DNA of 64,000 nucleotides from contig OY759353.1 of NCBI GenBank assembly GCA_963662315.1, positions 1,536,001 to 1,600,000 of the forward strand, written 5' to 3'. Source of the stretch: Geopsychrobacteraceae bacterium (lineage in GTDB: Bacteria > Desulfobacterota > Desulfuromonadia > Desulfuromonadales > Geopsychrobacteraceae). The position numbers were made by a program, and so were the translations under genes. Positions 29,269 to 38,692 of the stretch are shown piece after piece. Under the pieces are notes generated by a model, which was given only the letters and a program-made list of their open reading frames with translations, had not been told where the DNA came from and did not search any database. Every line of letters begins with the position of its first letter. Positions within the stretch are counted from its first letter, which is position 1.

Positions 29269-30114
29269 TCAGACAGGATCAACGGCCAGAACAAACCAAT
29301 TACATACAGCCCTGAGCTCCTCAGCAACCCGCTCCGCGTCAGCCCTGCTTTCACAGACGCCAAAAACAGTCGAGCCGCTACCAGACATCAACGCCCCACG
29401 AGCGCCAGCAGCGAGCAACTGCCGCTTAACCTCAGCAACAACAGGCCATCGCGAAAGCACAACTTGCTCGAGATCATTATGCAACTCGCGACACAGTCCT
29501 GAAAGAGTCCGGGGCGAAAACGTCGGAATGCTAGCCAGATCACCCCTTTTTGTCAACTGTAAACTTTGATAAACATCGCGTGTCGAAATTGCGACGCCAG
29601 GATTAACCAGAACATAGCTTACAGGCGGCAGCCCTGACAATAACTGCAAAGACGTCCCTATTCCTGTTGCCCACGCCGCTCTCGCAAATATAAAAAACGG
29701 CACATCCGCTCCAAGCCGCCCCCCAATCTCCATCAGCTCCCGTAGCGATAATCCCGCCCGCAGAATATCGTTCAACGCGACCAGCATCGTCGCAGCATCC
29801 GAAGAGCCGCCACCTAGTCCCGCCGCGACCGGTATCCTTTTTTTAATATCAACAACTATTCTGCGCTCACTCCCAACAGCACTAAGCAATTCTTGCGCCG
29901 CCCTTGTCGCAATATTATCCTCACCAACCTCCAGATCAACACCATCACAAACCACTAAGACATCCGCTCCCTCGCCAACCTGGATACAGATATCATCATA
30001 AAGAGATACGCGCTGCATTGCCATTGCCAGCTCATGATACCCGTCGTCACGCCTGCCAAGCACATGAAGACACAAGTTAATCTTGGCAGGAGCCTTAAAT
30101 AAGTATTCTTTCAC
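29269..30114 (-). CDS. ispE: 4-(cytidine 5'-diphospho)-2-C-methyl-D-erythritol kinase
   Basis: APAKINL.L.V.GRR.DGYHEL, KRIPVAAGLGGGSSDAA, MSGSGS. Confidence 0.96.
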   Translation of the reverse strand: MKEYLFKAPAKINLCLHVLGRRDDGYHELAMAMQRVSLYDDICIQVGEGADVLVVCDGVDLEVGEDNIATRAAQELLSAVGSERRIVVDIKKRIPVAAGLGGGSSDAATMLVALNDILRAGLSLRELMEIGGRLGADVPFFIFARAAWATGIGTSLQLLSGLPPVSYVLVNPGVAISTRDVYQSLQLTKRGDLASIPTFSPRTLSGLCRELHNDLEQVVLSRWPVVAEVKRQLLAAGARGALMSGSGSTVFGVCESRADAERVAEELRAVCNWFVLAVDPV

Positions 30115-30413
30115 ACAACCATCCCACTAACAAAGTTATATTACCACCTCAAGACAAAAAACAAAACATACAGGTAACAGCGTTTACTTTCAAAAGAAAG
30201 TGTCATCGTGGCGATATTTAGCCACCCTCAGGCGAACAATGGCCGTAAATCAGCAAACAACAACTCCACCGAGATATCAGCAACATACACAAATAGAACA
30301 GTAATTACCGGCACATCAGGAAAAATAAAACGTTTTTATAAACAGGGCACCATTGTTGCTATACACGTAAATATAAATATGTTCTATACTAACCACATAT
30401 CAATACTGGCAAC

Positions 30414-31169
30414 ATGATACGATTTATTACCATATTTCTGATAGCGTTTTCATTATGTACGCCTGCAACCAATTCAAACCCGATTGAGCTGAAGCTTATG
30501 ATGACACACAACCTGACGACGAACCAACAGAGGATAGTCGATTTTTTTAAAAAGCTGGTAGAAGCACGCAGTGACGGTCGACTGGCGATCAAAATTATGC
30601 CAGCCTCTCCTTTGTCGCCAGACCAGCTTATCCAAAGCCTGTCGCAAGAAGAGCTGACCCTTGCGCTTATTGAAACCAATCAACTACGCAACCATGCCCT
30701 CCAATTGAATAATACCGATATGACGACTCGCGCCACGGTTCACAAACGACTCTATCCCCTCATGGACGTAACACTTACAGGTCGCCCCCACTCCAGCACT
30801 AAAAAGCTCAGCCTGAAACTTCTGGCACACTGGGACGATAGCCCATCACAATCGACTGCCAACCGGCAGCAAACAGCTCTTTCGGGAACGTCGCCACTTT
30901 ATAGCACATATGCATTACTGGTGGCGCAAAAACAATGGAATCTCCTTGCGCCGGACAAGCAGGTCATCATTCATGAGGCCCTTTACACCGTGACCCTGTA
31001 TGCAGATGAATTTGCAGGACAATATATTGAGAGAAACATATCCGCTCCCCCCCCAAAAAATACCGACAACAGCAGCAACTTCCCCAGGCTGAGGACTTTG
31101 GGCGAATCCTACAAACCCTGTCTGCAGCAGCTAAAAACTGCGCGATCATGGCAGGACCAGACGCATTGA
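30414..31169 (+). CDS. Divergent, internally shortened DctP-like periplasmic protein
   Basis: Signal peptide; FKKLVEARSDGRLAIKIMP and WNLLAPDKQVIIHEAL align by eye to DctP N- and C-terminal parts; the central lobe appears absent. Confidence 0.6.
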   Translation: MIRFITIFLIAFSLCTPATNSNPIELKLMMTHNLTTNQQRIVDFFKKLVEARSDGRLAIKIMPASPLSPDQLIQSLSQEELTLALIETNQLRNHALQLNNTDMTTRATVHKRLYPLMDVTLTGRPHSSTKKLSLKLLAHWDDSPSQSTANRQQTALSGTSPLYSTYALLVAQKQWNLLAPDKQVIIHEALYTVTLYADEFAGQYIERNISAPPPKNTDNSSNFPRLRTLGESYKPCLQQLKTARSWQDQTH

Positions 31170-31231
31170 TGTTCAACATCAGTCACCATGGTGGTGACCT
31201 GGCTTATTATTTCTAGATAGAGGAGAGAGTA

Positions 31232-32224
31232 ATGAGAACAAAACAGACCAAATTGACCTGCATTTTAATCCTCGCCGTGTTCCTGGTTACGGCCACCTGG
31301 GCGTCAGCCGCCCCCATCGTCATCAAATTTAGCCATGTTGTTGCCGAAAACACACCAAAAGGGCAAATGGCGACCAAGTTCAAACAACTTGTCGAAGAGC
31401 GTTTGGCCGGCAAAGTCTCCGTAGAGGTGTTCCCTAATTCCCAGCTGTTCGGCGATAACAATGAAATTGAAGCGATGTTGCTGGGCGATGTCCAGTTAAT
31501 AGCTCCGGCTTTATCCAAATTTGAAAAATACACCAAATCGTTACAGCTTTACGACCTACCGTTCCTATTTAAAGACATGGCGGCAGTTGAAACATATCAG
31601 CAAAGCGCCCTCGGCCAGAAAATGCTCAAGCTGATGGAGAAAAAAGGAATTATCGGGCTGACCTACCTTCATAACGGGCTCAAACAGCTATCTTCAAGTG
31701 AGCCGTTGCGGCTGCCTTCTGACGCCAAGGGCAAAAAATTTCGGATTATGACATCCGACGTTTTGGCAGCTCAATTCCACGCTGTCGACGCCATGCCAGT
31801 CAAAAAACCATTTTCAGAAGTATTCACCTTACTGCAAACCAAAGCAATCGATGGGCAGGAAAACAGCTGGTCCAATATCTATTCCAAAAAGTTCTATGAA
31901 GTTCAGCCCTATATTACCGAATCAAATCATGGTCTGCTGGATTATATGGTCGTGACCTCGACAGAATTCTGGAATGATCTCCCTGATGGAATCCGCGCCG
32001 AAGTCAAAAAGGCGCTTGATGAAGCAACCGCCTATGGTAACAAAATTTCAGAGAAGAAAGCCGTCGAGGACCGCCAGAAGATCATTGATTCTAACCGTGC
32101 TGAAATAATTGAATTGACTCCAGCTGAGCGCAAGCAATGGGTTGAAGCCATGAAACCTGTCTGGGCCGAGTTTGAGAACCAGATTGGCAAAGAATATATC
32201 GAAGCGGCAGCCGCATCCAATTAA
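31232..32224 (+). CDS. dctP: TRAP transporter substrate-binding protein (C4-dicarboxylate type)
   Basis: IKFSHVVAENTPKG, DLPFLF, KFRIM, IDGQEN.WSN. Confidence 0.93.
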   Translation: MRTKQTKLTCILILAVFLVTATWASAAPIVIKFSHVVAENTPKGQMATKFKQLVEERLAGKVSVEVFPNSQLFGDNNEIEAMLLGDVQLIAPALSKFEKYTKSLQLYDLPFLFKDMAAVETYQQSALGQKMLKLMEKKGIIGLTYLHNGLKQLSSSEPLRLPSDAKGKKFRIMTSDVLAAQFHAVDAMPVKKPFSEVFTLLQTKAIDGQENSWSNIYSKKFYEVQPYITESNHGLLDYMVVTSTEFWNDLPDGIRAEVKKALDEATAYGNKISEKKAVEDRQKIIDSNRAEIIELTPAERKQWVEAMKPVWAEFENQIGKEYIEAAAASN

Positions 32225-32238
32225 GTAATCCTTTATCC

Positions 32239-32271
32239 CTTGCGGGCCCGGCCTGGAGGTGGGCCCGCAAG
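32239..32271 (+). other. GC-rich intercistronic hairpin after dctP (likely mRNA stabiliser)
   Basis: CTTGCGGGCCC...GGGCCCGCAAG with no U tract. Confidence 0.6.
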
Positions 32272-32305
32272 AATGTTCAGCAACCACTGTCCCGAGGTCT
32301 GACCT

Positions 32306-32863
32306 ATGTTTATTAAAGTAATCAACCGGCTCGAGGAAACCGTTATATCGACCCTCCTGGCCAGTATGACTCTGCTTGTATTTATTGAAGTGGTGATGCG
32401 TTATGTATTCAATATCGGACTAATGTGGGCCGAAGAGCTAACGCTTTACCTGTCTGCCTGGATGGTGCTCTTCGGTGTGTCCTACGGGATCAAAGTCGGT
32501 TCGCATATCGGCGTTGACGCGGCCATCAAGCTCCTCCCCTCCTTCTGGCAAAGGGCGATCAGTGGCGTAGCCGTCATGGCATGTCTGGTTTATTGCGCCT
32601 TGTTTATCAACGGTTCCTGGACTTACCTCAGGAAGCTCTACAGAATAGGCATTGAGCTCAATGACCTGCCGATACCCAAATGGATTGGACAGAGCATCCT
32701 TTTGATCGGCATGGTTTTGATCGCAATCCGACTGGCTATTCTGCTGTGGGCCATCATTGTCGGCAAAGCGGAAGGATTTCAACTGGCAGACGAGGCTAAA
32801 GAGAGTATGCATTTAGCAGAAGAAGCCGTTGCCAAAGCCAATCAGGGAGGGACATCAGCATGA
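32306..32863 (+). CDS. dctQ: TRAP transporter small permease
   Basis: VVMRYVF, WAEEL, GSHIGVD; four TM segments. Confidence 0.92.
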   Translation: MFIKVINRLEETVISTLLASMTLLVFIEVVMRYVFNIGLMWAEELTLYLSAWMVLFGVSYGIKVGSHIGVDAAIKLLPSFWQRAISGVAVMACLVYCALFINGSWTYLRKLYRIGIELNDLPIPKWIGQSILLIGMVLIAIRLAILLWAIIVGKAEGFQLADEAKESMHLAEEAVAKANQGGTSA

Positions 32864-34262
32864 CAACCGCTGCCCTTTTCATCATCTTACTGTTATGCCT
32901 TCTTACCGGCATGCCGATAGCCTTCGCCCTGGGTTTATCGAGCATTACCACGATTCTCTTGTTTTCCAGCGATTCTCTGGCTTCCATCGCCTTGAAACTT
33001 TTCAGTACCCAGTCTGAACATTACACCCTGCTGGCCATTCCATTTTTTATTTTATCATCAGCCTTTCTGTCTACCGGTGGAGTGGCGACTCGGATCATCA
33101 ATTTCGCCATTGACTGCGTCGGCTGGATTCGCGGGGGACTGGCAATGGCCTCAGTACTGGCCTGCATGATTTTTGCAGCAGTATCTGGCTCTTCACCGGC
33201 AACGGTTGCAGCCATTGGTTCTATTGTCATCGTCGGCATGGTCAAGGCCGGCTATCCGGAAAAAATGGCCGCCGGGGTAATCACCAACGCCGGGACACTG
33301 GGTATCCTGATTCCTCCCTCTATCGTCATGCTGGTATATTCTGCCGCCACGGAAGAATCCGCTGCCAGACTTTTTATGGCCGGGTTGATTCCCGGGATCG
33401 TGATGGGCTGCATGCTGATGCTGGTTATTTACATTGTCGCCCGCATCAACAAACTTCCGGCCCAACCCTGGATGGGCTTCAAGAATCTGGCACGCTCCAG
33501 CGCCAGCGCCGGCTGGGGCCTGATGATGATCATTATTGTTCTGGGCTCGATCTATGGCGGGGTTGCCAGCCCTACCGAAGCGGCGGCAATTTCGGCGGTA
33601 TATGCTTATTTCATAGCAATTTTCATCTATCGAGACATGGGACCACTAAAAGGAGTCCGTGGAAAGCCTCTCAAAACGAGTCATACCTTGTCAGTCTCGG
33701 TCGCAATCTGGTTCTGATGCTCACAGCCCTGCCGAAATCGATATTTCACCCGGATACTCATAAGGTATTTCGTGATGCCTCCAAGGTGTCCATCATGCTA
33801 CTGTTTATCATCGGCAACGCCATGCTGTTTGCTCACGTATTGACAACTGAGAGGATTCCACATCATCTGGCTGAAATAATTGTTGGCTGGGGATTGCCAA
33901 CCTGGGGATTCCTGATCGTCGTCAATATCCTACTGCTGATCGCAGGCAACTTTATGGAACCATCCGCCATACTGTTAATTATGGCCCCGATTCTATTTCC
34001 GATTGCCGTCAAACTCGGAATAGACCCGATCCATCTGGGTATTATTATGGTCGTCAACATGGAGATCGGTATGATTACCCCACCGGTCGGCCTGAATCTC
34101 TTTGTTACCGCGGGTATTACCGGGCACAGTATCGGCTGGGTCATCAGGGCGGCCCTCCCCTGGCTGATGATCCTGCTGGTCTTCCTGGCGCTGGTTACCT
34201 ATATCCCCCAGATATCCCTGTTCCTGCCGGAATATATTGACTATCTCAGAGGATACAAATAA
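32860..34262 (+). pseudogene. dctM: TRAP transporter large permease split by a single-base frameshift near 33657 (true lesion or sequencing error)
   Basis: ORF 32860-33717 (LLAIPFF, SGSSPAT, LIPPSI, PTEAAA) and ORF 33717-34262 (GIDPIHLG, ITPPVGLNLFV) are the two parts of DctM; one extra base joins them. Confidence 0.85.
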
Positions 34263-34288
34263 AATTGGCTTTCAAACATGAAAACCTC

Positions 34289-34315
34289 ACGGGATGCTCA
34301 GGCATCCCGTTTTTT
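34289..34315 (+). terminator. Intrinsic terminator after dctM
   Basis: ACGGGATGC-TCAG-GCATCCCGT-TTTTT. Confidence 0.88.
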
Positions 34316-34492
34316 ATGCAACACCATTGCCTGTCTGCTATTTATATTCTTTGGCAAAACTAAATCAGGTTCTTATTTACCGCCACTCTGCTTGTGGTCA
34401 GATTAAAAATCAAGGAACTGGCGATAGAGTTTTTCAGTCACTGGTATCACTCAATGAAGCATAAGAAATATCATGCAGGGCGCTAAAATATT

Positions 34493-34969
34493 ATGGACAA
34501 AAATGACATTATTCAGCTGATTCTCGCAAAACTGGAAGACGACTATCAGATGTTCATGCGCGCAGCTAAGACTGCGCATGAAGCAGCGACTCATTCGGAG
34601 AACATTCCAGACAACAAATACGACACCCTCGCCCTGGAATCGTCATACATAGCGCAAGGCCAAGCGAATCGCGCCCTGGAGATTAAAAATGCGATTGCCT
34701 TGCTTAAGCAATTACCGCTAAAAAAATTTTCTATTGATGATTCGATTCGCTTGACAGCACTCATTGAAATTGAATCAAAAGACGGGACTGTCCGGCATTT
34801 TTTTCTCGCCCCTGTTGCCGGAGGCATGACGGTTCAAATCCAAGGCAACGAGGTCCGAATCGTTACACCAGATTCGCCTGTGGGCAAAGCTCTGCTTGGT
34901 TGCCAAACTGGCGACAATGTGCAACTAGGACATATATGTCAGGAATCCGAAATCATTTCCGTTTATTAA
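34493..34969 (+). CDS. GreA/GreB-family transcription elongation factor-like protein
   Basis: N-terminal coiled coil with NKYDT.ALE..Y; C-terminal VTPDSPVGKALLG...GD motif. Confidence 0.82.
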   Translation: MDKNDIIQLILAKLEDDYQMFMRAAKTAHEAATHSENIPDNKYDTLALESSYIAQGQANRALEIKNAIALLKQLPLKKFSIDDSIRLTALIEIESKDGTVRHFFLAPVAGGMTVQIQGNEVRIVTPDSPVGKALLGCQTGDNVQLGHICQESEIISVY

Positions 34970-35037
34970 TCAACTCTGCCTCACCCGACGATTCTCCCTT
35001 TATGTAAATTGGTATTGACCCAATTCGGATCAGTTAT

Positions 35038-35422
35038 GGCCAGAAAGTTAGTTTTTCTGCCTATTCCAGCCCTGCGGAGTGTCCCTGGGACAATCTCGGA
35101 GTCGATATCGTCATCTAGTCGCCAGGAAAAGTTCGTAGCGTCGAAGCATTGAACCCATATTGCAACAAGGGAGTCCAAAAGTTTTTTTGTTGATGCGCCC
35201 CGTATCCACAGCCAGCGGCAATCACACTGACTTCCCCTGAACTTAAAGGGAAACTGAATGGTCACGCGATCAGGGTGCCGCTTTTGACCGGGGTTTTAAC
35301 AGATGTCGTCTTTGAAATGAAAGAATAAGTCACGGCAGAGCAGGTTAATGCCCTTTTCGATGGGCTGCCGCCGGCGACCTGAAAGGGATTCTCGGGATTG
35401 AGCATCGTCCGCTGGTGTTCAT
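35038..35422 (+). pseudogene. Degraded glyceraldehyde-3-phosphate dehydrogenase remnant (ArsJ-associated type)
   Basis: Manual translation: SPAECPWDNLGVDIVI*SPGKVRSVEALNPYCNKGVQK.. / [46 protein letters not shown] / AAAGDLKGILGIEHRPLV; stops, frameshifts and a large internal deletion. Confidence 0.85.
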
Positions 35423-35447
35423 CCTGCAAACTTGGTCAGCGGACAGT

Positions 35448-37151
35448 TCAGGAACACAGTCCGCAGCGTCTGCACCCCGGCTGGCAGGGAGGTGTCAGTT
35501 GACCATTAAGCGCACGTTGATACTCTGTCCACAGATAAGCTTTCGGCATCCCCTGGTCAATAATTTCCCACGGGAACAACTCATTTTGACTGCGCGTTCT
35601 TGTGACATAATGAGCGACATCCAACCCGTACTTTTTAACGATCTGCCGGAGATTGCCACCTTCGGCAAGGGCAGGCAGCAGCATGGCAATCCGTCGATCC
35701 CCCCTGGACAGAAACGCCTGCAACGTGGCTGCTCGCAGCGATTCATGATTGAACCGCGTGTTCGGTATTTTACTGACCGCTGACTGCAGTGTCCGGATCG
35801 TTTTCTTAAGAGAATTCTCCTCGGCCATAGGCGCCCACTGCAACGGTGTAAACGGTTTGGGGATAAACGGATTGACACTCAGAATCACCGTTCCGACCCG
35901 CCCTTTTTCGCTGCCGACCGCGCGCCAGATGGTAACGATCTTACTGACCAGGTCGGCAATGGCAGCCACATCTTCAGGCGACTCTCCAGGCAGACCGATC
36001 AGAAAATACAACTTTAAATTGATAATTCCCCCTTCGGCAAGCAACCTGACCGCGCGAAGAATGATGGCCTCATCGATCCCCTTATTGATCAGGTCGCGCA
36101 TGCGCTGACTACCCGCTTCAGGGGCAATGGCAACGGTTTTATGGCCGCTGGCGTGAAGCCTGCTGATGTCCTGTGCGGTCAATGCGTCCATGCGTAGACT
36201 GGCAACAGATACCTCTCCACCACGCGCCAAGATTCCTTCTTGCAGTAAACCGATTTTTGAATAATCAGCAACTGCAGCCGCGACAAGTCCGATACGCTTT
36301 CTCTGGCACAAGCCTTTATCTACCTGGCTGAGCAGAATATTCAAACTACGCTCACGTGGTGGTTGATAAACATATCCGGCAGCACAAAACCGGCAACCAT
36401 GGCTACAACCACGCGACACTTCGGTTAAGGCCATCGTGCCGAACTCTGTAGCTTCTGTCTGAACAAAATTACGACTTTCCGAACTGTCAAGATCGGCTAA
36501 ATATTGGCGTCTTATTGTTTTGGGCACACTGTTATCTGAGTGAATAGCCTCAAGCGTTCCTTCAGCTGTATATTCAGGGCGGTAAAAGGAAGGAACATAA
36601 ATTCCTGCGACCTCTGACAACTGAACAAGCTTAGCCTGTTTACTGTGCGACTTTTCATGGAGAATAGAGATCAGGTCTGCGAGCAGCGGCTCTGCTTCAC
36701 CGATCGCAATAATATCAACCAGCGGGGCGAGGGGCTCCGGATTTATAAAGGCACAAACTCCACCCAATAGAACCAAAGGATCCGTTTCGCTGCGATCTTC
36801 TGAAAAAAGGGGCAGACCTGCCAACGTAAATATTTTTGGGATATTGAGATAATCGTTTTCAAATGAAACGGAAAAAGCGACCACATCGAATTCAGTTAAA
36901 GAACTGTTATTCTCAATACTTGTCAACGGTCCGGTTGAATCGGCTTCAGGAAGAAAAAACCGTTCACAGAGAGTATCGTTGCGCTGATTTAACAGGTGAT
37001 AAACCGTCTGAAACCCAAGATTACTCATTCCCTGATAGTAATGATTGGGATAAACAAGAGCAACGTGCAGGCGGTCTTCGATCCAATCATGGACAATCGC
37101 GCCAGTTTCATGAGCATAGAGGGTTGCAGTTTTGGGTCTTTTAGATTTCAT
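35448..37151 (-). CDS. Radical SAM protein with B12-binding-like N-terminus (TIGR03960-like)
   Basis: ALVYPN.Y..GMSNLGFQ, SRGCSHGCRFC (CxxxCxxC), APEAGSQRMRDLINK, C-terminal C..GC..CGLC. Confidence 0.85.
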   Translation of the reverse strand: MKSKRPKTATLYAHETGAIVHDWIEDRLHVALVYPNHYYQGMSNLGFQTVYHLLNQRNDTLCERFFLPEADSTGPLTSIENNSSLTEFDVVAFSVSFENDYLNIPKIFTLAGLPLFSEDRSETDPLVLLGGVCAFINPEPLAPLVDIIAIGEAEPLLADLISILHEKSHSKQAKLVQLSEVAGIYVPSFYRPEYTAEGTLEAIHSDNSVPKTIRRQYLADLDSSESRNFVQTEATEFGTMALTEVSRGCSHGCRFCAAGYVYQPPRERSLNILLSQVDKGLCQRKRIGLVAAAVADYSKIGLLQEGILARGGEVSVASLRMDALTAQDISRLHASGHKTVAIAPEAGSQRMRDLINKGIDEAIILRAVRLLAEGGIINLKLYFLIGLPGESPEDVAAIADLVSKIVTIWRAVGSEKGRVGTVILSVNPFIPKPFTPLQWAPMAEENSLKKTIRTLQSAVSKIPNTRFNHESLRAATLQAFLSRGDRRIAMLLPALAEGGNLRQIVKKYGLDVAHYVTRTRSQNELFPWEIIDQGMPKAYLWTEYQRALNGQLTPPCQPGCRRCGLCS

Positions 37152-37189
37152 ACCTGAACATTTACCACAGGTCTTAATCCAAGTGGACT

Positions 37190-37220
37190 AAAAAGAAAAA
37201 GGGGCCACTATGGCCCCTTT
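37190..37220 (-). terminator. Intrinsic terminator of the dcw operon
   Basis: Minus strand AAAGGGGCCA-TAG-TGGCCCCTTTTTCTTTTT. Confidence 0.88.
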
Positions 37221-37362
37221 GACGAGGGAGTCGTCGGGAGTACATTACAATGTACAGTACGCTGTACATCTGCCGGGCGGAGAACCGGCGTTCATGACAA
37301 AATCAATACAATTGAACACACCAGCCAAACTGACTGTGAAAATAATGACCTGCTTAAGAATA

Positions 37363-38550
37363 TTAGTCGACCCGACGGCGCAGGAATGTCGGAATGTCAA
37401 ACTGCTCATCGTCAACGAACATATCGCGTGATTGACTGGATGAAACGTCTCTGCTTCTCCGGCCATAGGGCTGACTGATCGGTTGAGACTGATTACGAAT
37501 ATGGGTCGGAACATCAAAATCTACCTTGTTGCTGGCTTGGGCAAGCATATGCGCCCGCTGTTCAATGATGTCAGTCACTTTTTTATCTTCCTGAGCATCG
37601 CCAAAACCTGTCGCAATCGCAGTGATTTTGATCTTATCACCAAGATTTTCATCGATAACAAGACCAACAATAATATTGGCGTCTTCGTGAACTTTCTCGT
37701 GGATGATGGTGGAAGCTTCTTCAAACTCTTCCATGGTCATATTTGAAGAACCTGAGATATTAACCAGAACACCCATGGCTCCTGAAATATCAACCTCTTC
37801 AAGCAATGGGCTGCTGATGGCACTATGGGCTGCCTCGGCAGCGCGCCGTTCTCCTTCAGCCATACCGATGCCCATCATGGCCATGCCTCGGTTACTCATG
37901 ACGGTTCTGACATCGGCAAAGTCAACGTTGATCAATCCTTCAGTTGTAATCAGATCTGAAATGCCCTGTACTGCCTGGCGCAGGACATCATCAGCAGGCT
38001 TGAAAGCATCGAGAATACTCATATTCTTGCCAGCGAGACCAAGCAGACGATCATTAGGAATAACCACCAAAGAATCAACAACTTCACGCAACTCGGCAAT
38101 GCCTTCATCTGCCCGCAGCATGCGCTGCTTCCCTTCCCGGGTAAATGGCTTGGTAACCACGCCGACAGTGAGGGCTCCGGCCTGCTTTGCAGCCTTAGCC
38201 ACGACAGGTGCGGCACCGGTACCGGTCCCGCCACCCATACCGGCAGCGACAAAAATCATATCAGCGCCCGTGAACATCTCGACCATGCGTGCCAGATCTT
38301 CTTCCGCAGCCTGACGTCCGATCTCCGGGTTGGCCCCGGCCCCAAGCCCTTTGGTCAGGCTGGCACCGAGTTGAATTTTCATGGATGCTTCACTTTTCCG
38401 CAGCGCCTGAGCATCGGTATTGGCGACAAAGAACTCGACACCATCAACCTGGCAACGAATCATTGTATTCACGGCGTTGCCACCGCCACCACCGACTCCA
38501 ATAACCTTGATTTTAGCAACCTGGTCCAGATGCTCTTCGAACTGAAACAT
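37363..38550 (-). CDS. ftsZ: Cell division protein FtsZ
   Basis: [37 protein letters not shown] tail; start MFQFE behind GAGGGAG. Confidence 0.98.
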   Translation of the reverse strand: MFQFEEHLDQVAKIKVIGVGGGGGNAVNTMIRCQVDGVEFFVANTDAQALRKSEASMKIQLGASLTKGLGAGANPEIGRQAAEEDLARMVEMFTGADMIFVAAGMGGGTGTGAAPVVAKAAKQAGALTVGVVTKPFTREGKQRMLRADEGIAELREVVDSLVVIPNDRLLGLAGKNMSILDAFKPADDVLRQAVQGISDLITTEGLINVDFADVRTVMSNRGMAMMGIGMAEGERRAAEAAHSAISSPLLEEVDISGAMGVLVNISGSSNMTMEEFEEASTIIHEKVHEDANIIVGLVIDENLGDKIKITAIATGFGDAQEDKKVTDIIEQRAHMLAQASNKVDFDVPTHIRNQSQPISQPYGRRSRDVSSSQSRDMFVDDEQFDIPTFLRRRVD

Positions 38551-38692
38551 GACTCCCTCTTGATTAGGCATAATGCCCTCCCCTTGTCCGCGCTGATGAC
38601 TTCTCCGCGATGTCAAAAGCTATATGAGTTAAAGTTACTATAAGTTACCAAAATTTAGCATATTTTACAAGTAATTATATAATAATTAAGTA

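Noticed and set aside
29269..30180. Marked C/A richness of the plus strand across ispE
   Set aside because: Judged by eye only; the gene is intact and in its usual synteny, so strand bias is a sufficient explanation.
34981..35265. 94-aa minus-strand ORF in the ORF track
   Set aside because: It is the antisense shadow of the plus-strand GAPDH pseudogene and has no recognisable motifs.
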